A stretch of DNA of 64,000 nucleotides from the human T2T-CHM13v2.0 reference genome, Homo sapiens. The translations under genes were made by a program, and so were the position numbers. Position 1 is the stretch's first letter. Each line of letters opens with the position of its first letter. Below, piece after piece: positions 12,618 to 29,660 of the stretch. The DNA lies in the NCBI RefSeq assembly GCF_009914755.1, contig NC_060928.1. One strand, written 5' to 3'. The notes below the pieces were generated by a model. It was not told where the DNA came from. It did no database searches and saw only the letters and a program-made list of their open reading frames with translations.

Positions 12618-15141
12618 TTAATTTAAGTTTATTTTTATTTTTATTTCCATAGGTTCTTGGAAAACAGGTGGTTTTGGTTACACGAATAGGTTCTTTAGTG
12701 GTGATTTCTGAGAATTTGGTGCACTCATCACCTGAGCAGCATACACCATGCCCAATTTGTAGTATTTTATCCCTCACCCTTCCCACCCTCTCCCCCAAGT
12801 CCCCAAAGTTCATTGTATCATTCTTATGCCTTTGAATCCTTATAGCTCAGCTGCCACTTATGAATGAGTGAGAACATATGATGTTTGGCTTTCCATTCCT
12901 GAGCTACTTCACTTAGAATAATGATCTCCAATTCCATCCAGGTTGCTGTAAATGCCATTATTTCATTCCTTTTTATGGCTGAGTAGTATTCTACCATATA
13001 TATATATATATATATATTCTATCATCTATATATTCTATCATATATATTCTATCATGTATATATTCTATCGTATATACACACATATTTTTGATATATATCA
13101 TATATGACATATATATTACACATATATGTATACACACACACTATGTATATACACACACACACATATACTACGTTTTTTATTCACTCTTTGATTGATGGGC
13201 ATTTGGTCTGGTTCCATATTTTAGCAATTGCAAACTATGCTGCCATAAATATGAGTGTGCAAGTATCTTTTTTGTATAATGACTTCTCTTCTTCTGGGTA
13301 GATACCCAGTAGTGGGATTGCTGGATCAAACGGTAGTTCTACTTTTAGTTGTTTAAGGAATCGCCACACTGTTTTCCACAGTGGTTGTACTAGTTTACAT
13401 TTCCACCAGAAATGTAAAAGTTTCCCCTTTTTACCACATCCCCACCAACATCTATAATTTTTTTGATTTTTTTATTATGGCCATTCTTGCAGGAGTAAGG
13501 TGGTATCACATTGTTGTTTTGATTTGTAGTTCCCTGATCATTAGTGATGTTGAGCATGTTTTCATATGTTTGTTGGCCATTTGTGTATCTTCTTTTGAGA
13601 ATTGTCTGTTCATGTCCTTAGCCCAGTTTTTGATGAGATTGTTTTTTTGTAGCTAATTTGTTTAAGTTCCTTGTAGATTCTGGATATTGGTCCTTTGTCA
13701 AATGTGTACATTTTGAAGATTTTCTTCCACTCTGTGGGTTGTCTGTTTACTCTGCTAATTGTTTCTTTTGCTGTATAGAAGATTTTTAGTTTAATTAAGT
13801 TCCATCTATTTGTTTTTGTTGCATTTGCTTTTGGGTTCTTGGTCGTGAAGTCTTTGCCCAAGCCAATGTCTAGAAAGGTTTTTCTGATGTTATCTTCTAG
13901 AATTTTTATAGTTTCAGGTCTTAGATTTAAGTCCTTGATCCATCTTGAGTCAATTTTTGTATAAGGTGAGCGATGGGGATCCAGTTTTATTCTTCTGCAT
14001 GATGCCAGCCTATTATCCCAGCATCATTTGTTGAATAGGGTGTCCTCTTCTCTATTCAACAAATTTTTTTTGTATGTTTTTGTTTGCTATGTCAAAGATC
14101 AGCTGCCTGTAAGTATATGGCTTTATTTCTGGGTTTTCTAGTCTATTCCATAAGTCTATGTTCCTATTTTTATACTAGTAGCATGATGTTTTGGTGACTA
14201 TGGCCTTATAATATAGTTTGAAATCATATAATGTGATGCCTCCAGATTTGTTCTTTTTGCTTAGTCTTGCTTTGGCTACACAGGCTCTTTTTGGTTCCAT
14301 ATGAATTTTAAGATTGTTTTTTCTAGTTCTGTGAAGAATGATGGTGATAGTATGATGGGAATTGCATTGACTTTGCAGATTGCTTTGGGCAGTATGGTGA
14401 TTTTCACAATATTGATTTTACCCATCCATGAGCATGGGATGTGTTTCTATTTGTTTGTGTCATCTATGATTTCTTTCATCCATGTTTTGTAGTTTTGCTT
14501 GTAGAAGTCTTTCATCTCCTTGGTTAAATATATTCCTAAGTATTTTATTTATTTATTTTTCTGCAGCTATTTTAAAAGGGGTTGAGTTCTTGATTTGATT
14601 CTCAGCTTGGTTGCTATTGGCTTATAGCAGAGCTACTGATTTGTGTACATTAATTTTGTATCCTAAAATTGTGCTGAATTCATTTATCAGTTCTAGGAGC
14701 TTTTTGGAGAAGTCTAGGATTTTCTAGGTAAACAGTCATATCATCAGCAAACAGTGGCACTTTGACTCACTCTTTATTGATTTGAATGCCCTTTATTTCT
14801 TTTTCTTGTCTGATTGCTCTGACTAGGGGACTTCCAGAACTATATTGAATAGAAGAGGTGAGAATGGGCATCCTTGTCTTGTTCTAGTTCTCAGGGGAAA
14901 TGCTTTCAACTTTTCCCCATCAGTATTATGTTGGCTGTGGGTTTGTCCTAGATGGCTTTTATTACATTGAGGTATGTCCCTTCTATGCCGATTTTGCTGA
15001 GGGTTTTAATTATAAAGGATTGCTGCATTTTCTCAAACACCTTTTCTGCGTCTATTGAGATGATCATGTGATTTTTGTTTTTAATTGTGTTTATGTAATG
15101 TATCACATTTATTGGCTTGCACATGTTAAACTATCCCTGCA
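12618..15141 (-). mobile_element. 5'-truncated L1PB1-like LINE-1 (3' ~2.5 kb)
   Basis: L1PB 3'UTR motifs (TTCTTTAGTGGTGATTTCTGAGA, TTATGCCTTTG...TAGCTCAGCT); ORF2 fragment 13610-13861 (NPKANATK). Confidence 0.93.
12996..13168. repeat. (TA)n/(CA)n low-complexity expansion inside the L1PB 3' end
   Basis: (TA)n run, repeated TATATTCTATCA-like units, then TA/CA runs. Confidence 0.9.
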
Positions 15142-15146
15142 CTATC

Positions 15147-15510
15147 TGTTTTTAATTAGTCAGAGTAACACTAACTGCTGTAATAAACCCAGTATCAATG
15201 GCTTACCCCAACAATTTCTTTTCTCTTGCCCACTTAACAGCCTAATGTGGTTTCTCTAGGCTGGTAATCAACCTTACTCAACACAATACATGGACCCAAG
15301 TTTTCCCCACATGGCAGTTTTGCCTATTTTATGCAGTAGCAGAAGGGGAAGCACAGAGAAGAACACACATTGCTTAAAAGCTTTGGTTCAGAAGTGATAG
15401 GTCTCACATCCACTCATATTACATTGGTGAAAAATAGTCATACCAAAATATAAGGGATGGAGGGAGACTGATAAATCATTTCTACTTAGTCACTTTCCAG
15501 CAACTACTTT
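15147..15510. mobile_element. Old MaLR/ERVL-type LTR relic (MLT1/LTR33-like)
   Basis: TTAGTCAG...CTGCTGTAATAAAC...CAATGGCTTA and CACATCCACTCATATTACATTGG motifs. Confidence 0.45.
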
Positions 15511-18500
15511 ACTTTCACAGTATTACAAGTGAAAAAATACAAGTTTTGATGGAAAGCAAACCATCTTCTCCAGTACTCTGTTGAATAGAAGCTATTTCAC
15601 ACGTATTTATGGAAATAAAATATGAGTACACAATTTTACATTTAATACGTAAGACTATTTTGTAAACTCTAACTTACTATTAAAATCTCAGCTCCATGTG
15701 TGAGTACTTGTGTGTGTGTTTGTGTGTGTTACATGTAAATAATTCATTATTAGGACCACATATCTGACTAAATATCAATCAAGTAATAACTTTCCTCATT
15801 CCATTTAGTTCAACAGCTATTTATTGAGCATCTGTTACATGCTAGGCAGTCTAGTAGATGCCAAACATACCGCTATATATGAGGAGATAGGCAAAAATAT
15901 TTTCTACCCATGTAATTGGTGCTTATAGACAAGCACACAGTAAGATATATAACAAATTATCCTTAAAACATCACCATTTCATCCCTAAATATTCAGGAAG
16001 CTATTATTTAGTTTCCATTAGGAAAACAAAACAATTTGTCTACTGTAGGGGAGAAAAATACAGGAAATACTAAACCCAACAAGGCTAGACCATTTTCTTT
16101 ATAGCATGATTTTGGACATTGTGAGTGTCCAAAAGAGACCCAAAAATACAGATTCCTAAACTTGCTTTCCCAGTTACATGTTTTCCTAATAAAATCTTGT
16201 AGAACATCGCCACTGGAGAATTTCATAGCTGGAGCATCTTCTTTCGCAGTTTTATCACAGCACTTTCATGAGTCAGAAATACAATAAAGGCTCACCTCTA
16301 AATATTGTTTTCATTTTCTTTTGTGATTTGACTTGAATTTTAAATTTAAAAGACCTAATTTTTAGATATCTTGGAAAACTTTCTCATTTAGGCCACTGTG
16401 GGGAACTAGAAGAAACACCATCTGTTGACACTGTGAAATCAAGCACCCCAGGCTGGAAATTTGAACATATCCTTTTTCACTTTTTAAAATTATTTATTTA
16501 ATATGTTTCTTATCTATCCCCTATCTTCTTCTAGCCACTCTGCTCATTGAGTGAAAACTAACACATTATGTTTCATAAAAAATAGTTATATAGATTTACT
16601 CTATTCCTAGGTTTCCTGAAGAACATGCTTCTAACAAATATCTGAAGTCCCTTCCTGGGAATCAAGTACATACCGTTACTGTTCACACTGTCTGCCCTAA
16701 AACTCACTCTTGGGGAACATCATCTTAATCCTGTTCAGTGAAATGTCAATTAATAATTACCCCTAAGCCACTTTCTATCTGGCCATACATTCTAATTTCT
16801 AATCCCTGGATATTTCTGCTGCTAATATAATCATGAACTATTTAGTTTAGTGACAAATTTTTTAAACTGATTTGTTAAACTTCATTAGAAAAGGCACTAC
16901 GTTTTCCTTACGCTTCATTCAAATTTTTTTTTCAAATAAATCCAGGAATTTTTTTTTAAGGAATACTATGTATGTCTCATCAGTGAGGTCGCATGTTAAT
17001 AATCAGGCATGTGTTCAAAATTTATTCTCAAAGCGGGGGTTCCTACCTTTGACCTAAAAGACAATACAGTGACTCTCTGCAGTATTTGTTTTATCATTTC
17101 CTGTCATTAGGCAATTCTCCTGAGTTGGGCAAGTATCTGAAGCAGGCACGCTTGCTGATAGCTGGTCACTGGCCAGCAGTCCTCTGGCCCCTATTAAAAT
17201 CAGAACTGGGACTTATGCAACTTCTGGTTCTTCCATTATGCAAAATTAAATTGTTTGAAAAGTTAATCTGCTGACTCGTTGACCCACTGCTAAGCAGAAG
17301 AATAATGTAAGACAATTTGTGTAGCCTAAAGGAGACCTGGCTTGGAGTGTGGGGTAGAAGGACAGGGCTGACTAGAAGCACTAGCTTAGCTTCAGGGCTG
17401 AACATGTTGCCATGTCTCTAGGGGAAGTGCCTTTACCTAGTTTTTCTAATGTTTTCTAATTTTCTCTGAGAGATGTTATTAACAATAAACACTACATGAC
17501 ATTTGGATTGGACCTACTCTGGAGAAGGCAAATGACTCTATCTTCAACTCGCAATGAAGAAATGGACACATGAATGAGTGAGGTGAGACAGTAGGGGTGG
17601 GGTTAAATATACAGCCTTTGTCATCAGGCAGAGATTTGCTGGCACCCCTGCTCCACTGTTGATTAAGCGGTTAGTCCATTTCTAAGCCTGTATTTCTATG
17701 TTAAAAAAATGAGGCTGACAATATTTACCTGGAAGGATTATTAAGAGGATTAAATGGAAAACATAGTGCCTGGCTTAGGGTAAATGCTTGAAAAGTGTGA
17801 CTATCTCATAGCGAGCTTATGGTAAAACCAAGCTTAGAACTGGGGTGTTCTCTTTTCATTAAATCATGTAGAAGTCAGTTAACACAAATACTCAAATTAA
17901 GAAGAAATAGAAAGCTGCACAATTCTCTACATGACAAGATGTATTTTATATCCATTTTGTTCTGAGAATTTGAAAATGACACTGGAATGATATCTTCTGC
18001 TTCATAGTCCCTCTGTTATTTTTGTCATTTTTTTCTTCTAAATTGATTTTCCCTTTCTTTTTTTAGAAGATTCAGCTGTTTCATTTTGTTTTCCAAATAA
18101 GCATTTTAAATTAAGTTATTTTTATTATAGTTTTCAAAGTTAAATAGTACACTGATAAGTGATGTTGATTTTATGCTATTAAAGTCAAATTTGTTTAATG
18201 TGCCTTGTTTTTAAATTTAATTTTAAACTTTATTTAAATAAATATGTAATATCAAGAATAGGAAGGAAGTTTCAAAAGATGCAGGTCAGCTGATTGTTAA
18301 ATTATGTCTTGATAATAAGCTATTTTGAAAGAGATAGGCACTTTGCTTGGGTTGTTTTGCAGCAATTTTGACCATTTTAAAATAAAACTAATCAATTCTT
18401 CTGAGCCGCAAATAAATACATATTCATAAATACCAAAGTAATGAGAAAAACAGTAGTGGACATCAAAATTGATTTTATGGTGCATCCAATAAAAATGACA

Positions 18501-19397
18501 CATACAATACTTAACATTTTAATTTTAACTTAAATCACATGCATATCCATTTATTTGCCAATATTTTCATATAGAAATGCCAACATGTAACATTTTCTTT
18601 GGGTTTAACTGAAGTTCTAAATTATCTCTTTTACATGAATCACGTCCAAAATGCATCTTCTTACAATTCACTTTTTTTTCTCAAAATTCTTCTCTCTTCT
18701 TTCTTTATGTATTTCTTTTTGCCTGCCTGTCTCCTTTCCTTCCTCCCTCCTCCTTTCCCTGCCTTCTTCCCTCCCTCCTTTCCTTCCTTCCTCCCATTAC
18801 ATGGGTGCTTAAAGAGGCAGGTGGAGAAATCTAGATTCATAACTTAGTTACAAATTCTTTATAAATTTTTATAATTTCACTCTAGTTTTTAGTTGTTTCT
18901 CCAACACAAAATTATCAAAATTAATTTTAGTATTATATAATAACTCACATTCATCAATATTTAACAAAGCAGCTAATTTTATTTTCATATTTTATCAGTT
19001 TACAAGTATTTCATTATGATGAGTATTGCCCTGATAAGTACAATTGGCACAAATGGGTAGGGGACAAAAAATTTTGAAAGCATCTTAAATATAGTGGGAG
19101 ACAAGCCTATGTCTGGGAGCAATTGGTATCTATGGGTATTAGTCATTATATTTTAAGAAAATGATGGAAACATTCTTAGCTACTTGTTAAGAGGCCAAAT
19201 AAGAAGGCATTTACTGTAATTACTTTCAAAACATTTATGAATTTTAGCAAAATCGGCCTTAATAAGATAAAATGTTCTTCAGAGCCTGGGTCTGAACAAA
19301 TTTAATGGACACATTCCAAACATCTGGCCTCCACCCTACAGCTCCTTTCTTCTGTAGTAAAATAAGGGGCTAACCGTAAGCTGAGGTAACTAACTGA

Positions 19398-19836
<439 letters not shown>

Positions 19837-19949
19837 TAATTTTAATGCATAGATTGGATCACAGGATCAATCTCACCTTTTGAGATCTATAGAAAATGAG
19901 AAGAAAACATTCAAAGCAAAAAGAAAAGCAGGTTCTAACTAGATAATGC

Positions 19950-21541
19950 TTTTTTCTATTCTTTCTTTTTCTTTTTTCTTCTCTTCCTCTCAGTCCCTTT
20001 TACTGGATTATCTTCCTCTTTCTGAGCCATAAATGTTGGAGTACTTCATTTAGCCATTCTCTTGTCTCCCCCTCTTTTCTTCCTATAATTAATTCCTAGG
20101 TAAGTCCATCTGAGTCCATGGCTTGAAGTCACTAATAACTCCCAAATTTAAACCTCCAGGCTCTCCCATTTTTTTCTGAAATCTAGGATATACCATTTAG
20201 GTGTCTAATAAGCATCATAAACTTAAAAGAAATCTTTGCTGTGGTTTGAATGTCCCCTCAAAAATGCAGATGTTGTCGATGTGATGGTATTGAGAGGTAG
20301 GGCCTTTACGAGAAGACCAGGTGATGAGAGTTCCTCCCTGGTTAATGGGATTCATGCCTTTATAGAAAAGTTTCATTCGGTGTTCAGTTATCTCCTGCCC
20401 TTACACCTTCCACGATTTAAGGATGCAGCAAGATGGTCTCACCAGTTGCTGACACCTTGATCTTGGACTTAACAGCCTCCAGAACTGTGAGAAATGCATT
20501 TGTGTTATTTATAAACGACCCAGTTTCAGATATCTTGTTATACCAACACAAAACAGACTAAGAGAGTCTCCCAAGATGAATGTATGATTCCTGCTGCACT
20601 TCAAAACCAGCTCCTCTCTGCCTTCCTCCTGCACACCCTACAGTGCTTCCTAACTCTCTAAATAATGCTATTATTCTATCAGTAGCTCAGGACAAATTTT
20701 AGGGAGCCATTCTTTACTTTCTTCAACCTCCATCTCCTCCATATAATCCATTCATATTTCCCATTAGCTCACCTTAAATCTAGAAACTAACCATTTCTTA
20801 CTCATTTTACAATTACTATCCAAATCCACATTATAATCATTTCATCCTTGGATTGGGGCAACTGCCTTCTAATTAGTCTGTCTGATTTTACTCTTGCTAT
20901 TCTTCAGTTTATAATTCCCAAAGTCAGAGTAATCCTTTCCAAGATAAATCACATCTTGTCCTTTCTTTATTCAAACATTAGTAGTTTCTTATATTAAAAT
21001 AATGTACAAATATATCAATACCTAATTATGTGTGTATATGTCACAATAACATCAAGGCCCTACAATATCAGGGTCTTACAATACTCCATCAAGGTCCCAC
21101 AATATCAGACATCCACTCCTTCTTTCTACCACACTTCCTTCTGCCTACTATGCTACTGCCACATGGTTCTTTTGGTTGTGTGTTAGTCACACCACACATG
21201 CTCTGTCTTGGCCCCTTAGCTTGTCATTCTATGCTTGTAACATTCAATCGCTAGATATACACTGTCTCTGATCAGCTATTATCACTTCAGAGTGATGACC
21301 ACTTTATCTAAAAATAACATCTCTGGAAACTCTCTATCCCTTTTTATTTTTCTTCATGATACTTATCACTACCTGACATTATATTTTATATCTATTTGAT
21401 CATTCTTCTGCTACCTACCTACTAAATGTACGCTCTATGAGAGCAGTATTTTGTCTGTTTCATTCACTGATGCATCCCAGAGCCTGCAGTAGTGACAAGC
21501 ATATAGGAGACATCTAATAAATATATTTTAAATGAATGAAT
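19950..21541 (+). mobile_element. L2 (L2a-like) 3' region split by an MST LTR
   Basis: Canonical L2 3' end: CTCTATGAGAGCAG...GTTTCATTCACTGATGCATCCCAG...AATAAATAT...TGAATGAAT. Confidence 0.8.
20237..20564 (+). mobile_element. ERVL-MaLR solo LTR (MSTC/MSTD-like)
   Basis: TGCTGTGGTTTGAATGTCCCC...CCTTGATCTTGGACTT...CCTCCAGAACTGTGAGAAAT...CAGACTAAGA. Confidence 0.85.
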
Positions 21542-22627
21542 TCAGAGATAAGGAAGGGAAAAGTATGAAAGCACTCTGATAGTGTCTGAGACCACAAAGA
21601 GGAGTAAAACATGAACAAGGTGGCCTTGACTTCTTACTGCTATTCCCTCACATGAACAGTTCAGCATTACTCCAATTCTGAGTACCCAGCATAGTTCAAA
21701 CAAAGGAGCCAGAAATGAGCAAAGCATTTCTAATGGGAATTGAGCACTTAGGTGAGCTTGGCACTTGGCTGAGTATTGGATACACAGAGATAATTTGGAA
21801 ATGATCCCTGAGTTTCAAATATTTGTAGTTTAAGAAAATGCAGAAATTAATGTAGTGCACTGTGGTAAGTAAAATAACTGAAGCACGAGCCCCATAAATA
21901 CTTTGTAGGGATCCAAATTAGAAAATGGCCATACTGTGCTAGATGTAGCTGTGTTGGAGAAAGCGTCACAAAGGATTCTTGTGTCAAATTACTCTTTTGG
22001 CTAAAACTCATATGTTTTTAAACCTATTATAAGTTGACTTGATGAAGAAATCATAATTTATTCTTAGAAATCATTATTTATTCCATTGAAAACCTTACTT
22101 TAATTAGTATTTCTTCCCCTTGACAGATTTGACACAGGTCGTTTTCTTATATGTCTATCCAAAGGAAATGGAGAAAAAGAATAATGTAGTCAGGTAGAAT
22201 ACATGTTCAGAAATCTGACATAATCTGAGTTTAAATTTTAAATATATGTTCACATAAAATGTATTTAGGCAATTTTGAAAACTGTAGTGACTTTGGGTGT
22301 TGTATGTATAGCATTGAGCTCAAGTAAGCAGATCATATAGATGGAAACAGACTTTAAGAAGAAAAAAATGAAGAGTGGAAGTATTTTAGTAACATTACTT
22401 TTTTGTAATATTTGAGAAAATATTTTTCAGAAGCAGTTGATTAGAAACAAAATTATTTCCAAGTGGCTTAAAACACCATACTGTTGATTTTTTCTATGTA
22501 GAAAATATCGCATACATTTGATGTAAAACATCTATAAGCTGATGGATGGCAATAGGATATATAAGCCTAATTAGGTTTACAATATAAAACATGCATCTCA
22601 AAATTGTTTCCTTCATTCTACCTCAAA

Positions 22628-22692
22628 ACACATATACGCATACACACATATACATGCACACACACACACACACACACGCCCACACACACACA
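22628..22692. repeat. Imperfect (CA)n microsatellite
   Basis: Direct read of the sequence. Confidence 0.9.
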
Positions 22693-23437
22693 TTACCTGG
22701 CTAATTGAAATATGTTTTCACAGCTTCAAATGTATGTTGAATTGCTTTTGATGCCAGAAAACTCCTAGCATCACTTAAATTGCTATACACACTCTGTAGC
22801 TGATATCTACAATTTTGGCACATAAAACCAAAATATCCATATTTTTACCATTTATTTTTAATCCATTTGTGTAAGGTAAAGCTAACACGTGAACAAATTC
22901 CCTTCCAGTGTAACTGACTGGCAAGATAACACATCCAAGAGCAGGTTTTGACATAGCTCTGGGTCACTGGAGAAAGGTTTCAAGTGACCTAGTTAGGTAA
23001 AAGAAAGGAGTAAAACGGGGTGGTGGGGATAACTGATCTCCCTCCTTTACCAGTTGGCTTATGAAGGCATCTACTCTAATTTTTTTAAGGTGTCCTAGAG
23101 AAACCTCTGGGCTTAGTCACAGCCAATATTTTAATGCAAACAATATATATAATTTATGGTCATTAAAACTATTAAAATGTTCTGGCAGAAGATTCCTCCC
23201 ACTAATCAGCTGGATGATATCCCCAGAGTCAGGAAATGCTTTTCCTTATTCAGTCCTTTGGAAACAAATAAGAGGGGTGAGAGCATTGCCTACCTTTTTG
23301 AGGGGGGGTTATTGGCTAATGTTGGATTAGTTAAAATTGGTTTGATTATTTTGCAAACAGTCATTTCCCCTTTAACCTACTGAAGAGTCTCAGTTTTGTT
23401 CTGATACCTATCCTGCCACCTCAGGTAACAAGAATTC

Positions 23438-23695
23438 TTTTTTTTAATGTTATTAAGGTATATTTGACAATTAGAATTTTATATATTTAAGGTGTACAAT
23501 TTGACAATTTGATACACATGTACATTGTGAAATAATCACCACAATCAAGTTAATTAACATATTCATCACAACAGATAGTATCAATTTTTGGGGGGTGAAA
23601 ACACTTAAACTCTACCCTCTTAGCAAATTTTAAGTATCAATAAAGTATTGTTAATCATAGTCAGATTATTGTACATTATATCTTTAGAGATCTAA
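23438..23695 (-). mobile_element. Old L1M (MA/MB) 3'-end fragment
   Basis: TATATTTAAGGTGTACAA..., CTACCCTCTTAGCAAATTT motifs. Confidence 0.75.
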
Positions 23696-25329
23696 TCCTT
23701 CCTTCCATTTATTGATCTTGATGTGAGAACGTGACCCAGTTTTAGCTAGTAAGACATGAGAAATCTTCAGGGTGTTTCTGGAAATGGCTTCTTCACCTCT
23801 AACTAGAGATTCAAAGAAGAAATGATTCTGTTTCTCCTGCTGGACATTGTAGTATCTTTCACAGAAGTATGGATCTGTAACAGCTATTTTCCAAGTAAAC
23901 ACTCAGACTGAGGAGATAACACAACAGGGGGCATGAAAACAGAAAGGTAGAAGAAATTTTGTCCCATGTGACATCACTGGTTTACAAAATTAACTAAATC
24001 TGAAACCATTATATCAATGAACTTTTCATTTTGTCTTTCTTTTGATAAGACTATTTCCTTATTATTGAAGCCATTTCTATTACTCACAGCCAAATCTATA
24101 TTTGCTTTAAAATCAAAAGGAAGAATCATACACAGCAATAGTTTTAAAAAATAAATTATTTAATTACAACAGGTACAAAACCCAAGCTTATTCACTACAC
24201 TTCAAACTGAGATTTCTTTATTCCCAATTCTCTCACCCAGATAAGAAACTAAATTGCAAACATGTTGCAGCTGCTGAATGACTCAGCCTGGCAAGCTTCC
24301 TGTCTGGAATAATGTGCTGCTCTGGGAACTTCTCATCAAACATTCACCCCAATAGCATAAGTATATACTTTCAACAGTTATTTATCAGATATTCATTACT
24401 GAAAGTATGGATCGTATGGAATATAGCAGGAGTCTAAGATATGTTCTCTGCCCTCATGACACTGACCATCAAATTAAGAAAAGAAGGCACGAGTAAATAA
24501 AAATAATAGAAAGAATGCTATAGATAGTATAAAACCAAATGCCAAATAAATGATGTCAAAAATTAATTCCACAATCTAAGAAGGGAAAATATCAGCATAA
24601 GCTGGAACATTCATGAGAGATGATGGAGTTTATATTAAGACTGTTAGACAAGCGGAGGACAAGATGATGGAATTTATATTAGGACTATTAGAAAATAGGG
24701 AGATTCTGAAGGGAAGAGGAAATAATTTTCAATGTTATTCTTTAACTCTGCATGGTAAAATGTTGAATTGAGAAAGAAATGTACAGAGATCATAAAACAG
24801 AAGGATGATGCAAAAGAAGAGTCAGATATAAGTGGAGCACACAAGATTCGACTGACTGTGGAAAGCCTTGGACACCAGGCTAAGAAATCTGACCTTGATC
24901 CTGAAGACAAGAAAATAATTGGAGGTTTTGAGCAGGGAAGTACAACAGTGAAAGTAATCTTCTTGTAAGCAAAACCTTTTGTCTGTATGCAGAATTAGAA
25001 GGGAAGGAATGGCAGCAGGGTGCTTGTGAATAGGCCATTGCAGCACTGTTGTCATGAGAAAAAAGTTATATTTACAATTTACATCATTAAGCAAGGTTGT
25101 CACTAAGTAGAATTAAATTGATCTAAATGAGTTGACAATTCAGTAAAAGAAGGAAAACCAGTGCAAGTTATTTGATAACGTGTAGATCAATACACAAGAT
25201 ATTGATTGGCTTTATCGTTTTGGAAATAATCATTGTTGTGGTTGAGGTTCATGCTCAATCACAAACTAAGAGTTTCCAGTTGGTACAAGAGAAAACTGGA
25301 GATCAATGACAGATGGTCCTGCATTCCAT

Positions 25330-26640
25330 TGTTTTTTTGTGTCATATATGTTTAAGGAGTAAAACATAATGTTTTGATCTCTTTATACATAGTGAAATGG
25401 CTATTATATTCAAGCAATTAAAATATTCATTATCTCTTGTAGTTATCCTTCTTATTTTTGTGGCAAACACACCTGCAATCCACTCTTTTAGTAAAAATAC
25501 TCAGTTAAATACTATATTATTAACTATAGTCCCCATGTTCTCTGTTACATCTCTAGATTTATTCTTCCTATATATCTGTAGCTTTGTATTTCTTGACCTG
25601 CGTCTCCCCATTCCCTCTTACCTCATCTCTGGTAACTACCACTTCATTTCCTATTTCTGTGTATTCAGTTTTTTTTTTTTAAAGATTCTACATATAAGTG
25701 CAATTATGTAATATTTTTTTTTAATCTGGCTTATTTCACTTAGCATAATGACCTCCAAGTTCATCCATGTTATGGTAAGTGGCAGGATCTTCTTCTTTAT
25801 TAAGGCTGAATAATACTCCATTATACATATATGTAATATCACAGTTTCTTTATTCATTTATCAATTGATACTTAGGTTGTCTCTATATCTTGGCTACTGT
25901 GAATAATGTTACAATCAACATAGGAGTGCAGATATCTTTATAACATGATGATTTCATGTTCATTGGGTATATACACAGAACAGAAGATAGCTTTATGATG
26001 TGGTGATTTCATTTCCTTTGGTATATACACAAAAGAAGAATTACTGAGTCATGTGGTAGTTATCTCTTTAATGTTATTAAGAACTTCCATGCTGTTTTCC
26101 ATAATGGTTGCACCAATTTACATTCTCACCAACAGTATACAAAGATTCCCTTTTCTTCATACTCTCATGAACAATTGTTATTGCTTGATGTGAGGCAATT
26201 ATTTCATAGGGGTTTTAATTTTCACTTCCCTGGTGATTAGAGAGGTAGAGCATCTTTTCATATACCTGTTGGCCATTTTTATGTCTTCTGATAAATGTTT
26301 ATTCAGGTTATTGGCCTATTTTTTAAAATTAGGTTACTTATTTTTCTCCTAATGAGTTGTGTAAGTTCTTCATGTATTTTGGATATTAACATTTTACCAG
26401 ATATGTGGTTTTCAAATATTATTTCCCAATCTGTATGCTGCCTTTTCATTTTGTTTATTGTATCCTTTACTATGCAGAAGCTTTTTAGTTTGATATAGTC
26501 CCATTTGGTAGCCTGAACTTTTTATGATATGCCAAAAGTAATTGTTCAGACCAGTGTCATGCAGTTTTTTGTATATATTTTCTTCTAAGAGTTATGGTTT
26601 CAAGTGCTACATTTAGGTTTTTATCCATTTTAATTGACTT
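25330..26640 (-). mobile_element. Old L1MA 3' fragment
   Basis: TGGCTTATTTCACTTAGCATAATG, TTAAGGCTGAATAATACTCCATT and GCAGAAGCTTTTTAGTTTGAT motifs. Confidence 0.88.
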
Positions 26641-26769
26641 TTGCTCTTAATTTGTTGTTGTAGGATCTGCCTCAAGTTGTCAAACTAAACATTGCTTTAT
26701 TGTCTTATACACAACAGAAATAACTCTCTTCAATCAAAACACCTGAAAATCTTGTCAGCAAAGTTTACC

Positions 26770-26975
26770 TCTGATTTACTTCTACCACTTAACATCTGTG
26801 TGATATTAAGCAAAATAATTAACTTTTCTGTGTGCAACACTTTCTTCATCTGTAAAATGGTACCCCGCATATGGGTCTGTTGTATAGAGAAATTTTATAT
26901 ACATATGTGTATGTGTGTAGTGACTGCAATCTAATAAACAAAACACTCAATGAATGTTGGCAATTATTATCATTA
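26770..26975 (+). mobile_element. MIR
   Basis: TTTCTTCATCTGTAAAATGG core and ACTCAATGAATGTT 3' end. Confidence 0.7.
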
Positions 26976-27402
26976 TTAGTTTTGTCATCATCTCCATTAT
27001 CATGATGCTGTCATATAAAATGTGTAAAGGTCATCTAAGCAAATGAAGCTATAAGGAAGGGAGGCTATTGTGTACAAATGAGACAGTCTAACTGATGGAT
27101 GGAGATGGGAGAAATTAAGAGCAGAGCCTATGGAGAGAGGATAATCTTTTTCTAAGATATTTGCTGATATTCTTGCTGAACAGTGTTTTCTCTCACTTTG
27201 CAAGGCTTCTTGATTTCTCACCCCTTATATTTGTATTTTCCATTCCCTAAGCAGGAACCTATGTGTCTAATCAAGCTGCAGCAATAAAAAGCATGTTTCA
27301 TCATATTCACTGTATAGTGAGAAAATAATTCCAATTTGAGGGTCAAACAAACACCCATTGGATAGAAACATGAATGCCAATAGTCATCCTGGGCATTACT
27401 TT

Positions 27403-29660
<2,258 letters not shown>

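Noticed and set aside
18685-18795. Pyrimidine tract as a triplex or regulatory element
   Set aside because: It is an ordinary degenerate (CCTT)n low-complexity repeat.
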